Source of the DNA: Schmidtea polychroa
Taxonomy: Eukaryota
Direction of reading: 5' to 3'
Length of the DNA: 64,000 nt
Assembly: GCA_044892525.1 (NCBI GenBank)
Contig: CM097885.1
Location: 38,194,001-38,258,000 of the forward strand
Shown: positions 1 through 14,357 of the stretch, one piece after another
How positions within the stretch are numbered: position 1 is the stretch's first letter
Layout: every line of letters starts with the position of its first letter
Notes under the pieces: model-generated
Databases searched by the model: none
The model's input: only the letters and a program-made list of their open reading frames with translations
What the model was told of the DNA's origin: nothing
Position numbers and translations under genes: made by a program

Positions 1-1125
1 TTGTGAACATGGCCCCTCCTTCTAAAAATTATTTTAAAAAATATTTAATATTTAATTAATTATGAATATTCGTAAATCTCTTAATGTCGCAAAGCGTGCT
101 ATGAGATTCACGTCCCCAATGTCTATAAAAATTTTAGAATATTAATAAAATGCAATAATTTTAAATTGAATATAATTGAAATGAAATATTAATAAATTTC
201 AAAGCAACACTAATAGATGAAAACTCCATATAAAGAATGAATACTTTCTTTTGAAATTATTTTTATTTATTGTTACATTAATCATTATTTAGAGCCCTTA
301 AATACTTTATTGTGATTCTTCTACTTGAAATTAAAACTTATTTATTAACAAGAATTTCCTAAAGAATAATTAAATAAAAATGGCAATGATTTAATTATTG
401 AAAAGCACTCATACTAGCGTTTCAATATATATTTCGATAGTTTTCCTGACAGCGTCAAGTAGGATAGAAAAACTATAGATAATATAGATTTAATAAACAA
501 ATTACAAAATTTTATTATTTTAAATAATTTTCAATTCAATTTAAATAATTAATTACTTTTTAAATTAAACTATTTTCAAAAACATTCTAAATTTTTTATT
601 TTTTATTTTTAATTTTTAAGCACCATACTTTTAATTTAAAAAATCGATAAGTATATTTTTTTTAATTTTAAAAACAAAATTATTCAATGTATTTATTAAA
701 AAATTGACTATAAATCACTAAAAATATCGATGTTTTTTTATATTCACGAATTTTCGGAACAGCTTTTTTCAAGTGATTTTGATCAAAAAATTATTCAACT
801 TAATAAATTTATTTTTTTCTAGTAATTTCCTTTATCTCCCTTTTTTAGATTATTAATCAATAATTTGTTTTACATTTAACTTGAATTTTCGGCATTCTCT
901 TTTTCAGGTGTTTTTAACATATTTCAATTATAAATAAAAATGTCTTTTTGTTAAATTTATTCTTTCATTTAACTATATAATTTTAAAAATTCATAAAATT
1001 ATTGAAGGAGTATGGAACACAAATTTATCAAGGGTAAGGAACCTACACTCTAACAACCCAAGTTTTTTTAATTATTTTCAATATAAATATACATTTAAGA
1101 TTGACTGTGTTTATATACCATTCAG

Positions 1126-4100
1126 GCGTGTTTTGTAGTAATAATGGCATTGAATTTCACAGTATCTGTCAGATGAAAACTTGGATATGCAACACAAAAT
1201 CAGAAATTTATATCAGTTATGATGGGTCATGTCGTAGATCAATTGGTAAGATTATAGGTTATTATTTGTGTTGTTTAATTCGATTCTAGATTGTGAAGTT
1301 TCCGAATGGACAAGCTGGTCAAGTTGTTCAAAAACATGTGGAATCGGAAGGTACACGAGAACACGGAGCATTGTCAAAGCCGCCATGTTTAATGGAAAAT
1401 GTAATGATTCATTATTTGAAACTCAACAGTGTTACAATGGGCCATGTCCTGGAGGTATGTCATTTTGTCGAAAACTTACAATAACAAATTCTTTAATACT
1501 TTATTGTCTAATGTCTAGTATATACAAAGCCCATCAAATGACTATAGCTGTGGTTGTGTTTCTGTGTCAGTACGACAGATTAATATTCAGTTCATAATTT
1601 CATGGATAGACACACAGACAGACATTGACATTATATATTTATATAGGATTAGATAAGGGAGCTAGGAGGGCCATATGTGCCGACCTTGGAATCAAAAATT
1701 ATATATTCTTCATTAATATGTTTACGTCGTTGTTCTGGATAACACGAAATTGGGGAACTTTATTAGTCTTAATATTAAATTAATATTAGAAAGTAATAAA
1801 AAGCTTACAAGTTCAAACCAAATTTAAGGATACTATGAAATATATATATATATATATATATATCAGATAGCCAATGCCATTCTTGTCCTGCTTTTTTAAT
1901 TTGAAACGGGTATCTTGTACTTTATCTGCCATCAAATAAGAAAAACAGAAACCCATACAAAATTTCCAATCATAGGAAGGATAGCATCAGCTTGTCGTGA
2001 TTCCATAAATAAATTCCTTTGCAGTGCCCATACCGAAGAATTTATTAAACTTTTTAACAGAATTTGGCGAAAAGCACACTAGAATTTTAAATTAATTCTA
2101 CAGAAATATTTCTTTATTCTTGTACAAGTGAGTAATTTCTGCACGAACAGGATATTTCGTGTGCTATTTAGTAAAATATACGTTTTGAAATTTTGTAATC
2201 TGCTACTGTCGTGTGTTGCTGTCATAAATATACGTAGGAGAAGTTGTATGCAGTGCTATTTTTCGGCCGGAAGCTATTTTCAGAAAATACATAAACCGGA
2301 ACTTTGTTCCGGGATCTATTTTTCTATTTTTAATGTATTAATAGTTTAAAAAAATTATCGATGAAATTCTTTAGTTAAAAATTATAGAAAAGTCCTAAAA
2401 AAATAATTGAATCGAGTAGGCGCTTGTTTATATATGTTTAATGATCTCAGTTAATTTGAATTTTATTTAATTTGTAGTTCTTTGCACTTCATTATTACGC
2501 CCTTTTATTAAAAATAGTTAAGGAAAATATTTAGTAAAGCATGCGTTCCGGAACCTAGTTTTTAGAAAAATAGCACTTGTTGTATGTATGCTGAAAACGT
2601 ACTGAACTTATTCCATGCTACGTCGTACATAGATAGCGCTCGCGTTTTCTTTAACTTCTCGGCGAAAGAGTTTAAATAACACATAATAAAAGCAACACCG
2701 AAAAATTGTGTTGCATTGAATTAATTTTTGACTTCTTGTCAGAATTAAAATAAATGAAATATCTTTTACTATTCACAAATTTAAATTTAAAACATCATCA
2801 TTTAACACTAGATTTACAGGTGTTGATTATATACTTATTTTTACTGAAGTGAGCCAATTTGAAATGAGGGAGTCGGTAGAGGGGAGTAATTAATATTTAC
2901 CTATATTTCATGACGTATCTAAAAACCAACATTTGTATTCAAAAAATAATAAAACAGTATTATATATATGTAGCAATAGAATTTTAAATGAATCAAATAG
3001 GCTCAGTCCGTAAATCTAGTGTTTATTTTTTCATTAATTAGTTAAACAAATTCAATAATCAAAATAATTTTTGAAATTTAAAAATCTATAAATTTTTTAA
3101 AAACTATCATTTCAATTCTAAATTTTTCATAATCTACAAAATTACCAAATTCGTTTTACTTCAATCAGAAAAAAATATTTTTTTCAAAAATGGAAACTAA
3201 TACAATAAATTTCCACTGCATATTATATTTTTCAAAAAATAACCGAATGAACCCAGTGGCGTAAGCAAATTGGTGGTTCTTCCCCATGCATATTTTATTT
3301 TCATTTTGCACTATGTTTGAACTGTTTGTTAACTGGTCTAAACCATCATCAGACACGTAAAGCAACAAGCAACACCTCGATAATACGTGGAAGTTGTTTT
3401 AATATCGCTTTCACATCGGCGAAAGGTTATCGGGTATAGACAATAGGTATACAGTCTAAAGTTCAATTATTATAATATTCGTTCAACTGATATTTAATCC
3501 TCATACATCTCTGTTGTTATATGTTTGGCAGTGGATGTGACATACAGACAGTATTCATGATCTAATTGTATGCTAACAACTAGTATCAGCCTGCAATTAT
3601 TATTTGCTTAATGCGTAAATATTGAATATCAGTAAATTGGAGTCAAATAATAAATTAATTTAATTAAATATGGAGTTATCGAACTTTCTTTATCACTAAT
3701 AAAAATAAATATTTTTGCGAACACCCCTTGGAAAATCAAGATTGCGCCACTCTATTAGGCTCAATTATATTTAAACAAAAAATAGAGTTTAACCCTAAAT
3801 TTATGACTTCCTTAATAAAAAAAGATTTCATTTTCTAACTTTTTTCTATAAAAGTAAATGAATAATTAATTACATTAATTTTTAATAATAAATATCTAAT
3901 AAATCAGTTTTTGTTGGTTTAAGTTGTTGTGAAATTTAATTTTAGGATTTTTTTATTTTTCTCATTATTGTTGTAAATACTCAACGAGTCATTCTTATTC
4001 TTTTACGTAGCTTTTAATGTATTTAGACCTTTCTCTATTTGTCATTCGATGCCTTGTCGGTTAATTCCTAATAATATTTTGTTCTAGATGCCTGTGAAAA

Positions 4101-7100
4101 TATTACTTGTGCTCCTGGCAGTTTCTGTGAATCTGGAAAATGTATTTGTCCCGACTGTTCCGATCAAATCACTCCCGATCCTGTTTGTGGTAAAATTGGT
4201 GATCTTGAATCTGGAAGTTATCGCACCTTCTGTACATTGCTTCATAACGCCTGTAATTATAATTCCTCGTTTATATATCTTCACAAAGGACGTTGTGGAG
4301 GTATTCTAATAAGCTATTTGTAAAAAATGTAAACTGTTTCATTTATTAGAACACATTCCATCTGAACCGAAAATCTGCTCAATGGTAACTAATTTCCAAA
4401 TAGTTCAGTCTCAAGACAACTGTACAAGTGTTGAACCAGTTCGAGTAAATCTTTGCTTAGGTGGATGCGGAAGAAACCCTAATTACTGCTGTCGTCCAGC
4501 TGAGAATAGGATTCTCCGCTCCAAATTCAGATGTCCTGACAATAGTTTTGTATATCGAGAGGTAATAAATATATGATATTTATGTGTAAACTTAAAAGTC
4601 ATCTTTTTCAAAATATGCAATTGTACTCCAACTCACAATAAACCTTTAAATGAAATGATTTATTTCATAAAAATTTGAAGTCTAGAGTTATTGGCCTCTT
4701 TTGAAATTGAGGTTTAGGTTTACCATAATTAGGAATGTCTAATCAAATAGGAGAGAAGCTGTGCTCTAAGGTATGAAATGAAACTTAATGCAAATGAAAT
4801 GATGATATTAGTGATTTAACCTAAAGTCGCGCATCCAGAGGTATGGCTAGGTAGTTCCTTTCCTGGAATGACTTGGTTTTCTAAGTTATGTTCAATTTTC
4901 GATTATTCGAATATTCATTATTTTTGACCAATTACTTATTTTAGTTTCTTTATTAATATTGTATTTATTAAAAGGCTTGTCTATGAAACAGTAAAGATAT
5001 CGATGTTTTATTGATATTCACAAATTTTCGACACTGCCTTTCAAGGGATTTTTTATTAATATTGAAAATAAATCAACTTAAAATCGATTAAATTTAAAAA
5101 AAAACATTGAAAGAACAACTACTGCAATGATGAATTATTTAAAACTTCATGATATTAATCTTCGAAAAAGAAATATTCCTGAAGAAGCTGGAGAATTAAC
5201 TTCAAAAATCAAAGCATACAGAAATGGAATTTTGCATTTTGTTAAATGAGAGACTAAATGAAATTGGCTGTAAGAGCATTTGTCCCTGCTAACTATTTCA
5301 AAATGTGAAGCAATTATAGGTTTTGTAAGAAGTCCATTTGAAATATGCCAAAAAATGCAACAACTGTATAAAAATGTGTTATGAAATTTTATGAGGAATG
5401 ACTGAAGTTCAGAAGAAATTATAAACGTTGAAGAATGAGGAATTGAGATTTAACATTACAGTTGATTAATGAACTGACAACCGCGTGAAAAGATATATGA
5501 ATGTGACACTCCATTCCATCCAAATCTCGTATGTTCATGGTTGGATTCCTATTGAAGGATCTTGCAATCAGGAAAAACTTATGCAATTATTAAGAAAACT
5601 ATTACAAGAATTCTCAATTGATTTGGATTATGAAATCTTCGATTCACCTCATGATGGTGCTGCTGTTATGATAAAGTATGGAAGAATTATTAAAGCTACT
5701 AGCCAACTTTGCTATAATTGCGGAATATGTTATGCTCTTGGTCATCTAATAGTTTAGAAAAATTGTATAAAGATTTAATAAACAATTCAACTCATTTCAA
5801 CAGCTAGTAAAGTCGTATTTTCAAAATCAGAAGCCAACTAAATATGAGTACTTCAAATGAGTGATTCTTTACCGGGTATGTGGGAAGATATTTCAGGAGG
5901 TGTGGGAAGCGCCTCTAACAATATAAATTATTTTTGAGATATTTGAAAACTACTTGAATTAGACTCTAGCCAATAAATAATATCGTTTTGTATTTAACCG
6001 TTTGCAGACGGTAGGCCAGCAGTGCTGGCCTTAAATGGCTTATACGATAGCGGACGGTAGGACAGCACTGCTGGCCACGAATTTTGTTCCAGACGTTCTA
6101 CAATGTATAATGGCCAGCTGTGCTGGCCAAACTTTAAAAAAATCATACCACGATATCGGGCATTCGTATAAAAAAATTTTATGCTTAAATAACACTACTT
6201 ATTAAAATTAATTCCGTCCGCAAACGGTTAATATATAAAATGTACATATTTTTAAATACACAATATATTTTCAAAAAATATATTTTTCTAAATTAAAAAA
6301 TCTAAACTCATTTCACCAGGGTGGGGAGACCTATTTTCAGATTCAAAAGGGTGCGGTTCAATTGAAAGGTTAAGAACCACTGCTTTAAATGATCTGATAT
6401 TTTTAAAATACTATTTTTTATGTAAAGTTTAGGTAGACTGTTTTTCTTACATTATAATATTTTGTTACTGTTTTTATTTTAAAAATTGTTTTTAATATTA
6501 TTATCCTTTTCGAGCCGAAGACCGTATATTCACGTGAAAAGAAAATCGTGACAAATAGTCGAAGACCGTATTTATCCGATTTCATTATATTTAAGTGACG
6601 AATGCCGACGCTTCTGTTTTTGTGTTAGATATGTTTATTTGTGTTTATTGGCAAATTAAAACTTGTCTGTTATTTTATTTGTCGTGTATGAATCTGGCAG
6701 TAGTCGTTCTTATTTCATAGTGGGCACACAAACGTTTGCATTCCGAAAACCTCGAAAACTGTCCGTTTTATAGTCATATTTAATAGGAAAATATCACGTC
6801 TCGAAAAAGTTAATAAAGCTTTAATTCTTTTACATTCGTAAAAGTAAAAACGAGTACAAAGATATGTTTATCTGAAATTATCAAACCATTATTACTTCCG
6901 ATTAATCCGTTAATCGGTTATTGCCTAAAAACTATTCGACTATTCGGTTATTAAAAATCGATTAATTTGGGATCCTTAGAAAGGCGTTAGTATTACTGGA
7001 TTAATGGAAAATAGTGTCTTATCACACTATATCTTAACAGAATCTGCTCTAAGCAGAAAAGTATGAACAGTGCTCGATGTATGCACACATACACATTTGT

Positions 7101-7571
7101 ATCATGCAATCAGAAGCACGTAAATAATTCAACTCAATTCCGGCTTAAAATTATACCCAGATATAATTACGGCACACTACGCACATTCAATCCAAAATGG
7201 TACAAATAGTGATTGTGTTTTTCCAAAATATTTAAATTCTCGGGATTCGGGAATTCTGAATCTGTAATCAATCTCGAATTTTAAAGAAAATTGTCTAGTC
7301 AAATAAAATAAGTGTTATTAAAAAAATATATTAAATGAGTCAGAATAAATCGTGCAAAATGAAAACAAAAAATTTATATTGATTGTATTACAGGTTTAAT
7401 TTTACTGTCAATTTTTGTTAAAATAACTTTTTGTACCGTACAAATTATTTGAAGAAATATATATTTTTATTAATTTATACGTTATTATTATTCTTTTAGG
7501 TGAAAAGTATTTCAAGCTGTGAATGTAAATTGGAAGAGAATTCGCCAACGTTTACAACTAATATTTTTTAA
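1126..7571 (+). CDS. 3' part of a spliced cysteine-rich, probably secreted protein: Kazal - TSP1 - follistatin/Kazal - C-terminal cystine knot (CTCK). Exons 1126-1245, 1290-1454, 4088-4300, 4350-4561, 7500-7571; 5' exons not located (probably upstream of the window)
   Basis: All four introns are GT-AG with compatible phases (1,1,1,0). Spliced translation gives VFCSNNGIEFHSICQMKTWIC...YDGSC (Kazal), DCEVSEWTSWSSCSKTCGIGRYTRTR (TSP1), CENITCAPGSFCESGKCICPDC...PVCG...FCTLLHNAC...HKGRC (follistatin), C..CLGGC..CCRP..FRCPD..SCEC (CTCK), then TAA at 7569-7571. Confidence 0.88.
2806..3021. mobile_element. piggyBac-like MITE in intron
   Basis: TIR CACTAGATTTAC / GTAAATCTAGTG flanked by TTAA and TTTA. 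Confidence 0.55.
5998..6227. mobile_element. piggyBac-type MITE
   Basis: TTAA on both sides; TIR CCGTTTGCAGACGG / CCGTCCGCAAACGG (1 mismatch); three internal GGCCAGC-N3-GCTGGCC-like palindromes. Confidence 0.8.
6505..6809. mobile_element. Probable piggyBac-type MITE
   Basis: CCTTTTCGAGCCG / CGTCTCGAAAAAG inverted ends flanked by TTAT and TTAA. Confidence 0.45.
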
Positions 7572-8041
7572 AGAAACTATTCAATGAACTTTTTTGGGTG
7601 TTGGTTATACATATATAAATAACTTTATCAATTGTATCTAAATTTGAATTGAAAAATGTAAATGAGAGTTATTTATTAAATTACAGATTTTCTGAAATTA
7701 TTGTCTTTTTAGTCCATCAAATTTTATTTACAACACCAATACCCCAGGGCTTCTGGTGTTAATTGAATATATAACAAATATGTTTAATTGAAATAATGTG
7801 TGTATAAGCAGAGCCGGGGCAATCGTTTGTGGCGCCCTGGACAAGAAAAGTCTTTGACGCCCCATTTATTAATATTCTTTTAGAATTTAGAGAAATAGCA
7901 AAAAAGGCATTATTAACAATTTTTTTGATTTATTAAAATAAAAATGTAATTGCAAAGTACATTTAAAATTTTATTTTTCTAACATTGAGTGCATAATTAA
8001 TTTCATAATTATTTTTTTTTACTATTTCCTTTTCTATAAAT

Positions 8042-8365
8042 CAGTGTTTCTCAGACTTTTCTCGCTCGCGGCACACCTGCCCAAAAATCACATATCTTTA
8101 CAAATTTTTTGACTTTCCAATGATATATAAAAAAGCTACTTTTTAGTCTATACTAATTAAATTACGAGAGATTTTTATAAGGTAATAAAAATAATTCTTT
8201 GTAATTTTGATCCGCAGAAGCGACTCTTTCACAATAAAAAGCAAGATATAGTTTTTGTAATTTTTTTTATTACCAACTTTTTTTGGGAAAAAAAAGTCTC
8301 GCGGCACACCTGGTCCAACCTCAGCGCACACTAGTGTGCCGCGGTACACCGTTTTAGAAACACTG
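8042..8365. mobile_element. Charlie-type hAT MITE
   Basis: TIR CAGTGTTTCT / AGAAACACTG; subterminal CGCGGCACAC repeats; no clean TSD. Confidence 0.7.
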
Positions 8366-8381
8366 ATATCGATAATATTGC

Positions 8382-11031
8382 TAGAGAATACAATTACTCG
8401 AGAATTATACTACCCGGGTTTTTCGAGTTTCAATTTTTACCTACCCGGGTTACCCGGGTTACTCAGATATTTAAAAAATATATGTTTATAATAAATATAA
8501 GTCTCTATTAATTCATATTTTTATTTAATTCATATTTTTATATAATATGCATTAAATGATAATGTTATTTTATTAGTCAATGATAATGTTATTTTTTATT
8601 TAGTTTCATTGAAATAGTATTTTAAAAATACTAAATTACTTAAGGTTTCCGGCATTAATTTGGAACGAATTTTTGTGCAAAAATTTCCGGCAATGGAAAA
8701 TGTTCTTTCACAATCAACGGATGTTGGTTTTATGGTAATAAGTGCTTTATAAAGTTGTTCTAAATTTGGTGTTCTCTTACCATTTCCCTCCATTATCTTC
8801 AATTCTTTCTCAAGTTGTTGCGTTGATTCTAAAATTGGTGAAGCTAGAAATGTCATCAATGTCTTGCTCAAAGAGTCTTGGTCGTCTTCGTCTACTTCAC
8901 AAATTTCACTTCGAGCTTGTAGGATTACTTCAGGTGATTCAGGATCCGGTTCCGGTTCAACAAATAATTTTTCATATATTTGTTTTGCAGTTATTTTGAT
9001 ATTGTGCTTGGTGGAATATGAAAAAACCTCGTTTGACTGGGGATGTTTTCCATTATGTAGAAACATTAATAAAGAGACTATGCTAGTATTTCTACGGTGT
9101 TTAATTTTAATTAGAAGTTCGTCTAACATTCTGATAGCCAAAGGTGTACCAATTTTCTTTAGCTTGTTGAACACGAACATCAAAGTTCCTTCAGCAATTA
9201 ACAAATTGGCTTCTCTTTTACTTAATTCTCTCACTGCCTCTCCCAAAGGTTCTAATATTTGAGCTATTTCCTTAAGAGACGAAATATGGTCATCAGATGG
9301 AACCATTGCACCTAGTTCATCCAATGCCTTATATATAGAACCCGATAATAATATGAAGCGATTTATCATAACTATTAAGGAGTTCCAGCGTGTTCGACAG
9401 TCTAACAATAGTTTCAATTTTTTTCCATGCTGTTCAACAACATGTTTTTGCAAAATACTGTTTCTTACTGATGACTTTTTAAAAAATTTACAAATTCTTC
9501 TTGTTTCATTGACTATATTGCTTATATCTACTGATAATTCAAATATTTCTTCTTGATAATCCACAACAAAATTCATATTTGCACCACTAGACAAATAATC
9601 GGTGCCATTCAAAGATTCGTTGTCTTCTTCATCGTCATATTCAGAAAATTCTTCTATTTGGTTATTTGACTGAGAAGATTTTACTGAATAAAATATACTT
9701 ACCACTGCCAAATGAATAGCGTGGTTGTAACATAGCTGGCTAATTGCGTCTATTTCATCACAATATTTCACCATCACAGACGCACCGTCATGTGTTGATG
9801 CAACAATATCAGTTTTTAAATTCAAACCATATTTATTTAATGTTAATTCTACCAAACGAATTGTTTCTGTTGCGTTGCATGACCCATCAATTTTGGTTAA
9901 TCCAAGGTTATGTTTCTCTGTTGGAGAATGCAGCGTAACATTAATGAAACGGATGCAAGCATTATTTGTCCATTCGTCGACAGTAATGCTAAGTTTAACA
10001 TTACTTCCTTTTTTATTAATTGTTGTTTTAATTCTACTTGTTTTTCCTCGCAGAACTTCATGATACAATTTTTAATAGTGACTTCAGATTTTGGCATATC
10101 ATAATTTTTGGATAAGATGAAACTTCGGATAGCTTCAGAATGTGTTATCGCTCTAAAAGAAAATCCATCTTTCGCGGCACATTTTGCCAATAATTCATTT
10201 CTAGATGCTCGTTTTATAAATTTTAAAATATTTACATCATCATGTTTTGGGCGTTTGGCACAAAAAGCTGACACGAAATCACCAGATTCGATCGAAATTG
10301 GGGCATCTGGTTCTAGGCATTTATTAATTGATATTTCATGCCTACTGCGTAAATGATTAATCATTGCTTTGGTATTTCCTCCCTTTGTTTGTATTAAACT
10401 TCCACATTTATTACATTTAGCTGTAGTTTGGTCAGACATTTTTGTGAAATAATCCCAAGTCTGTGATCTCTTTGGCATTCTATGTATAAAATGGGTATAT
10501 GTATAAAAAACATAAATAATTTATAGTTTATCATAATATTAAAAAAAAACTAACGTGTAGAAATAGAAAATGTATTGTAGATATAGATATAGATATAGTA
10601 TAAGTAATAGTTAGTAGAATTAACAATTTATTAAGAAAATAACGATTAAAATCTGGAAAATCAATAAAAATTAAAAATCTCGATGAAAAAGCAATATTAG
10701 TACGATGAAAAATCTTTGTGTAATAATAAATTATGTCAAATGTCACTTTCTTTGGTGTCAATTAGCTGTTAAATGTAGAAACTACAAACTACATCACAGA
10801 AAAAATTATTGCAGCTTATATGCAATAGTGAATTTTAACTCAAAAGACAGTTTTTTCCTATTTAAATCCAGATTGCGCTGATAATTTTTTTTATTTTTTT
10901 AACTTTAATTATAAAATGTGTGAATAATGTTTATCGGGTATTTTTTTAAGGTACCCGGGTATCGAGTTACTCGAAAATTTACTTATTACTCGAAATACCC
11001 GGGTACTCGATACTCGCGATTGTATTCCCTA
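8382..11031 (-). mobile_element. Full-length hAT (Ac/ZBED-type) DNA transposon, 2650 bp
   Basis: Perfect 8-bp TSD AATATTGC (8374-8381, 11032-11039); TIR TAGAGAATACAAT / ATTGTATTCCCTA; subterminal TACCCGGGT and TACTCG repeats. Confidence 0.95.
8596..10478 (-). CDS. hAT transposase (BED zinc finger, DDE, C-terminal dimerisation domain) split by one frameshift near 10010
   Basis: WDYF...AKCNKC...NHLRSRH (BED); ITVDEWT, THDGAS, CYNHAIHL, TRWNS, PTSVDCERTFS motifs; two overlapping ORFs joined at an A6 run. Confidence 0.9.
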
Positions 11032-14000
11032 AATATTGCTAGACTAGATAGCCTTTCTTGGCTCATAGAGGAACGTAAGTAATTTTTAATTAATTTCAAC
11101 TTGCTGAAAGATCTTTCCTCCAACGTAATTGATACCGGTATGGTTAAAAATTTTTATTTTCAATAATGAGATTTGGGTACGAAACGCTCATATTCCATTT
11201 ATGTATCGCATTTAAAATATCAAATACAGTTGCTAAATTCGTTTTGAATTTTTATAGAAATATATTTATTTCTATCTTTGCCTTATAAATGGTTTTTCAA
11301 AGTAACATCATAACGACTAACTAATTCGATCAAATTCAAAAATATTCCATTATTTGAAACTTCGATTCGATCAGTAGGCAAATTATTAAAAGCACAGAAA
11401 GCGATACAGTCTAATAATACTTTCAAGATATGTTTAAATTTTTTGCATTCATTATCCATTTATTCAATAATAGTTTATCAATTGCGGACTTTGTTCCAGT
11501 CGTTGTTCCAAATAGTTCCATTTTTCTAGGCTCATTTGAATTTTCGTGTTCTCCTATTAAAGGATTTAAAAGTTTCCAATCATTGAATCCTTTATTTGTA
11601 TCTAACACAGAATTTAATGCAATATTTTTAGAAAAAAAGTATGCAAGGAAAACAAAATATTTTGACCAATTTAACAGTATAAATAAGCCAAGATCTTACA
11701 ATTGTTTCCCATTTTTTAATGTCTTTATGAATCAATCATTTGAGAATTTTCTTTTTTCTGTATGTTTGTGCTCGTATTCTCTTCCCTGTACTGGCCACGA
11801 TTTAACTAAGTATTCACGAATTTTGTTATTTATAGCAGGCCAAGAGCTTGGATTATTATGTTCAAAATTTAGAAATAATTCTTGATTTTCCAAGTCATCA
11901 TTCATCATCATCAATGAAGTTTCTTTCTTCTCATCACCATATTCTCTATGATCCTGAGCGGAAAAATCCTCAGACGATTTTTCGACTTCTGCATGTCTGA
12001 AGCCAACAGATTTTTCTGTTTATTTTCTCATTTCTTGAACTTTATCGGTGTTTGATAATTCATCTTGACAATTTTTTGTTAAAAATAAATATTTCACTTT
12101 GCTTTTTGGTTTCTGCTTCATGTTGGACTTTTTCCTTACGAAATTGGTGACCAGATTTTTTCTTTTTCATTTCAGACATCATTAAACTAAATTTATAAAA
12201 TAAGAAATCGCCATCAAAATTTAATAAAAATTGAATACAAAATTAATTAGAATTAAAATAATTCAAATTTGTTTTACTGAATTGTTGTACGCACACATAC
12301 TTGCACACCAAAATCAGACTATATATACCGGCGCATTTCAGTCACAATTTAACCTGTGTTGAAATTTTGGCTAGACAAAACTTTCTAACTTTATAAAACT
12401 TCATACATTTGTTTCTATAGTTCACAATTCCAATAATTTCTAAAATGTCTGAGCCACAGAAATTTCAAGCTAAGGAGTTAAACCACTTTTCAGGAGAATT
12501 TGGAAGAAATTAGATTTAGAGATATATTAAAACCAAACTAATTTTTCTTTAAATTTCATGCGCGAGAATTAATACCCTCCTGGAAATCAACGGCAGGGAA
12601 ACATCAGTATAACACCCATAGACACTCGAGAGAACGAAAGCATTTCATACCTCTAATCAGTCGGGGAAGATAGAGCATTTAACGCGTTATCGAGCTCCTT
12701 TAAGTTCATGATTCCGTTCTGTTATTATTTAGTTTGGATGAGGATTTACTGTTGTTGATATTCCTTACACAAACTTTGCAATTCAGTGCAGCCGCTTATA
12801 TATTCGTAAAAATTGTCCATTTTTTCAGTGGTTAGCACATTCATTTTTTGGTTTCTTCGAACTACTATTGATTATGAATCCTTTATAATACGAATCCGGA
12901 CGCAGTATGTTCCGTTAATTACTTATCATATCGGACAATTAAATGACTTGGTTGAGGGAAATTATCGCCGGATTAATTATTTTGAAATGTATCTTAAGAA
13001 ACAAATCTTAAGAGGGTCAAATGGAATCTTAAAATCAGCATTTTAATTGTTGAAATTAAACCGTTTTCCTATGAATAATTCTAATAAAATTATAGAGATC
13101 TAACCAGTTGGATACAAGGAAGCCTAGTGTAGCATCATTTTATGATTAAAGGTTTTAATGAATGTCTATAAGGAATGATGAGTGAATGGGGCTATGGATA
13201 TGGTTGACCCAGGCAGATACTGGCGATGATGCTTAAAGTGGGGATGAATATATAATGTGGTAGGCGGGAAGTTAGTGCACAGGTGCTCGCATTAATGTTA
13301 TTGATGTACGAAAGCCAGTTCAAATTTTCCTTTTCAAACCAGAATCCCTCATCTGATTTCGTATTTACAGTAATATAATTGATTGACTAATTTAGTTTAC
13401 GTAATGGTATGTTGTGATTGTCTTCTGAATGTTTTAAATAAAAATATAAATGAGTATTAATTGGTGACTAGGTGAAGCAGTTCTGCGTAACGTGGGTCTA
13501 TTGAGGGTTATTGTGAAGTAGTTTTGTAGGAGTATTTTGAAATGTGACTGGTGGAGATTTGATCATAAAGTATGTATTTAAGTTTCAGAGCGGATAGAAA
13601 CACAGATTGAGAGGAGCAAGATCTGTGTCGATCACCACGACTGGAAAACAACCAATATGGAGCCCTCTAACCGATCAGGGGAATACTAGCATGCAATCAG
13701 ACCAGCGAAGGATCGAGACTACCCCATGGTGATGCTGAAACAAAAGTCCATTCGAAATATGGCGCGGATGGCTCGTACTCGAGTCATTCATGAAATTTGC
13801 GTTGCCATTGACAAGCTGAGGCGGATTGAGGAAGATATCAGACAAGGCCTTATTACAAGCACCTACTGTCAACAGTTCAAGAATGACAAGTGGCTGGAAG
13901 ACCTGGCCAAACCCCAAGACTGGGAGGTGGAAGTTCCCGCATTCGTCTCGTGGGAAGCCCCCCCCGAAGGTAATAACTGTTATAGAACTATAGTAGTTGG

Positions 14001-14357
14001 TATGTTTGAAGTATCGGTTAATAAATAAGGTGGGTTACAGGTAAGCATACATTTTACCTATTCGTGCTGTTTCCAGCGTAACCCAGAATATAAACAATTG
14101 TTTCTCCGCTTGATACCCGTCGAGTGATCAACGTTGGTACTGTATCAAGAGGATGAGTGCTCGCAAAAAGTGAGTGTGTTAATCGCACTATAATTGTCGG
14201 GTACTCCTTGGGTTTACGGACTATCGTTAGAAGATTTGTGTCCAATTTGTCCTGGTTCCTCAATTTAATTTTTTTCCCAAATTCTAGAACTCTCACCATC
14301 TCATCAAACTGACATCAAACATACTTGTGACATTAAATAATTTTATCGAGATCTTTA

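Larger units (their letters stand above)
4882..6978 (+). pseudogene. Degraded hAT transposon remnant in an intron; transposase fragment about 5100-5760, related to the element at 8382-11031
   Basis: Fragment NVTLHS...GSCN...HDGAAVMIKYG...SQLCYN matches NVTLHS...DGSCN...HDGASVMVKY...SQLCYNH of ORF 8596-10068; many stops; ends approximate. Confidence 0.7.
7809..12330 (-). mobile_element. Degraded ZMYM1-like (TTF zinc finger) hAT transposon, interrupted by a MITE and a second hAT
   Basis: hAT-like end CAGAGCCGGGGC...GGCGCCC at 7809. Minus-strand remnants MSEMKKKKSGHQFRKEK (about 12179), PSSWPAINNKIREYLV, GFNDWKLLNPLIGEHENS, and C-terminal IEKEI...RKIKF* near 7965-8037. Right boundary approximate. 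Confidence 0.65.

Noticed and set aside
3254..3752. Possible hAT MITE with CAGTGGCGTAA / TTGCGCCACTC ends
   Set aside because: Short imperfect inverted repeat with no 8-bp TSD; too weak to list
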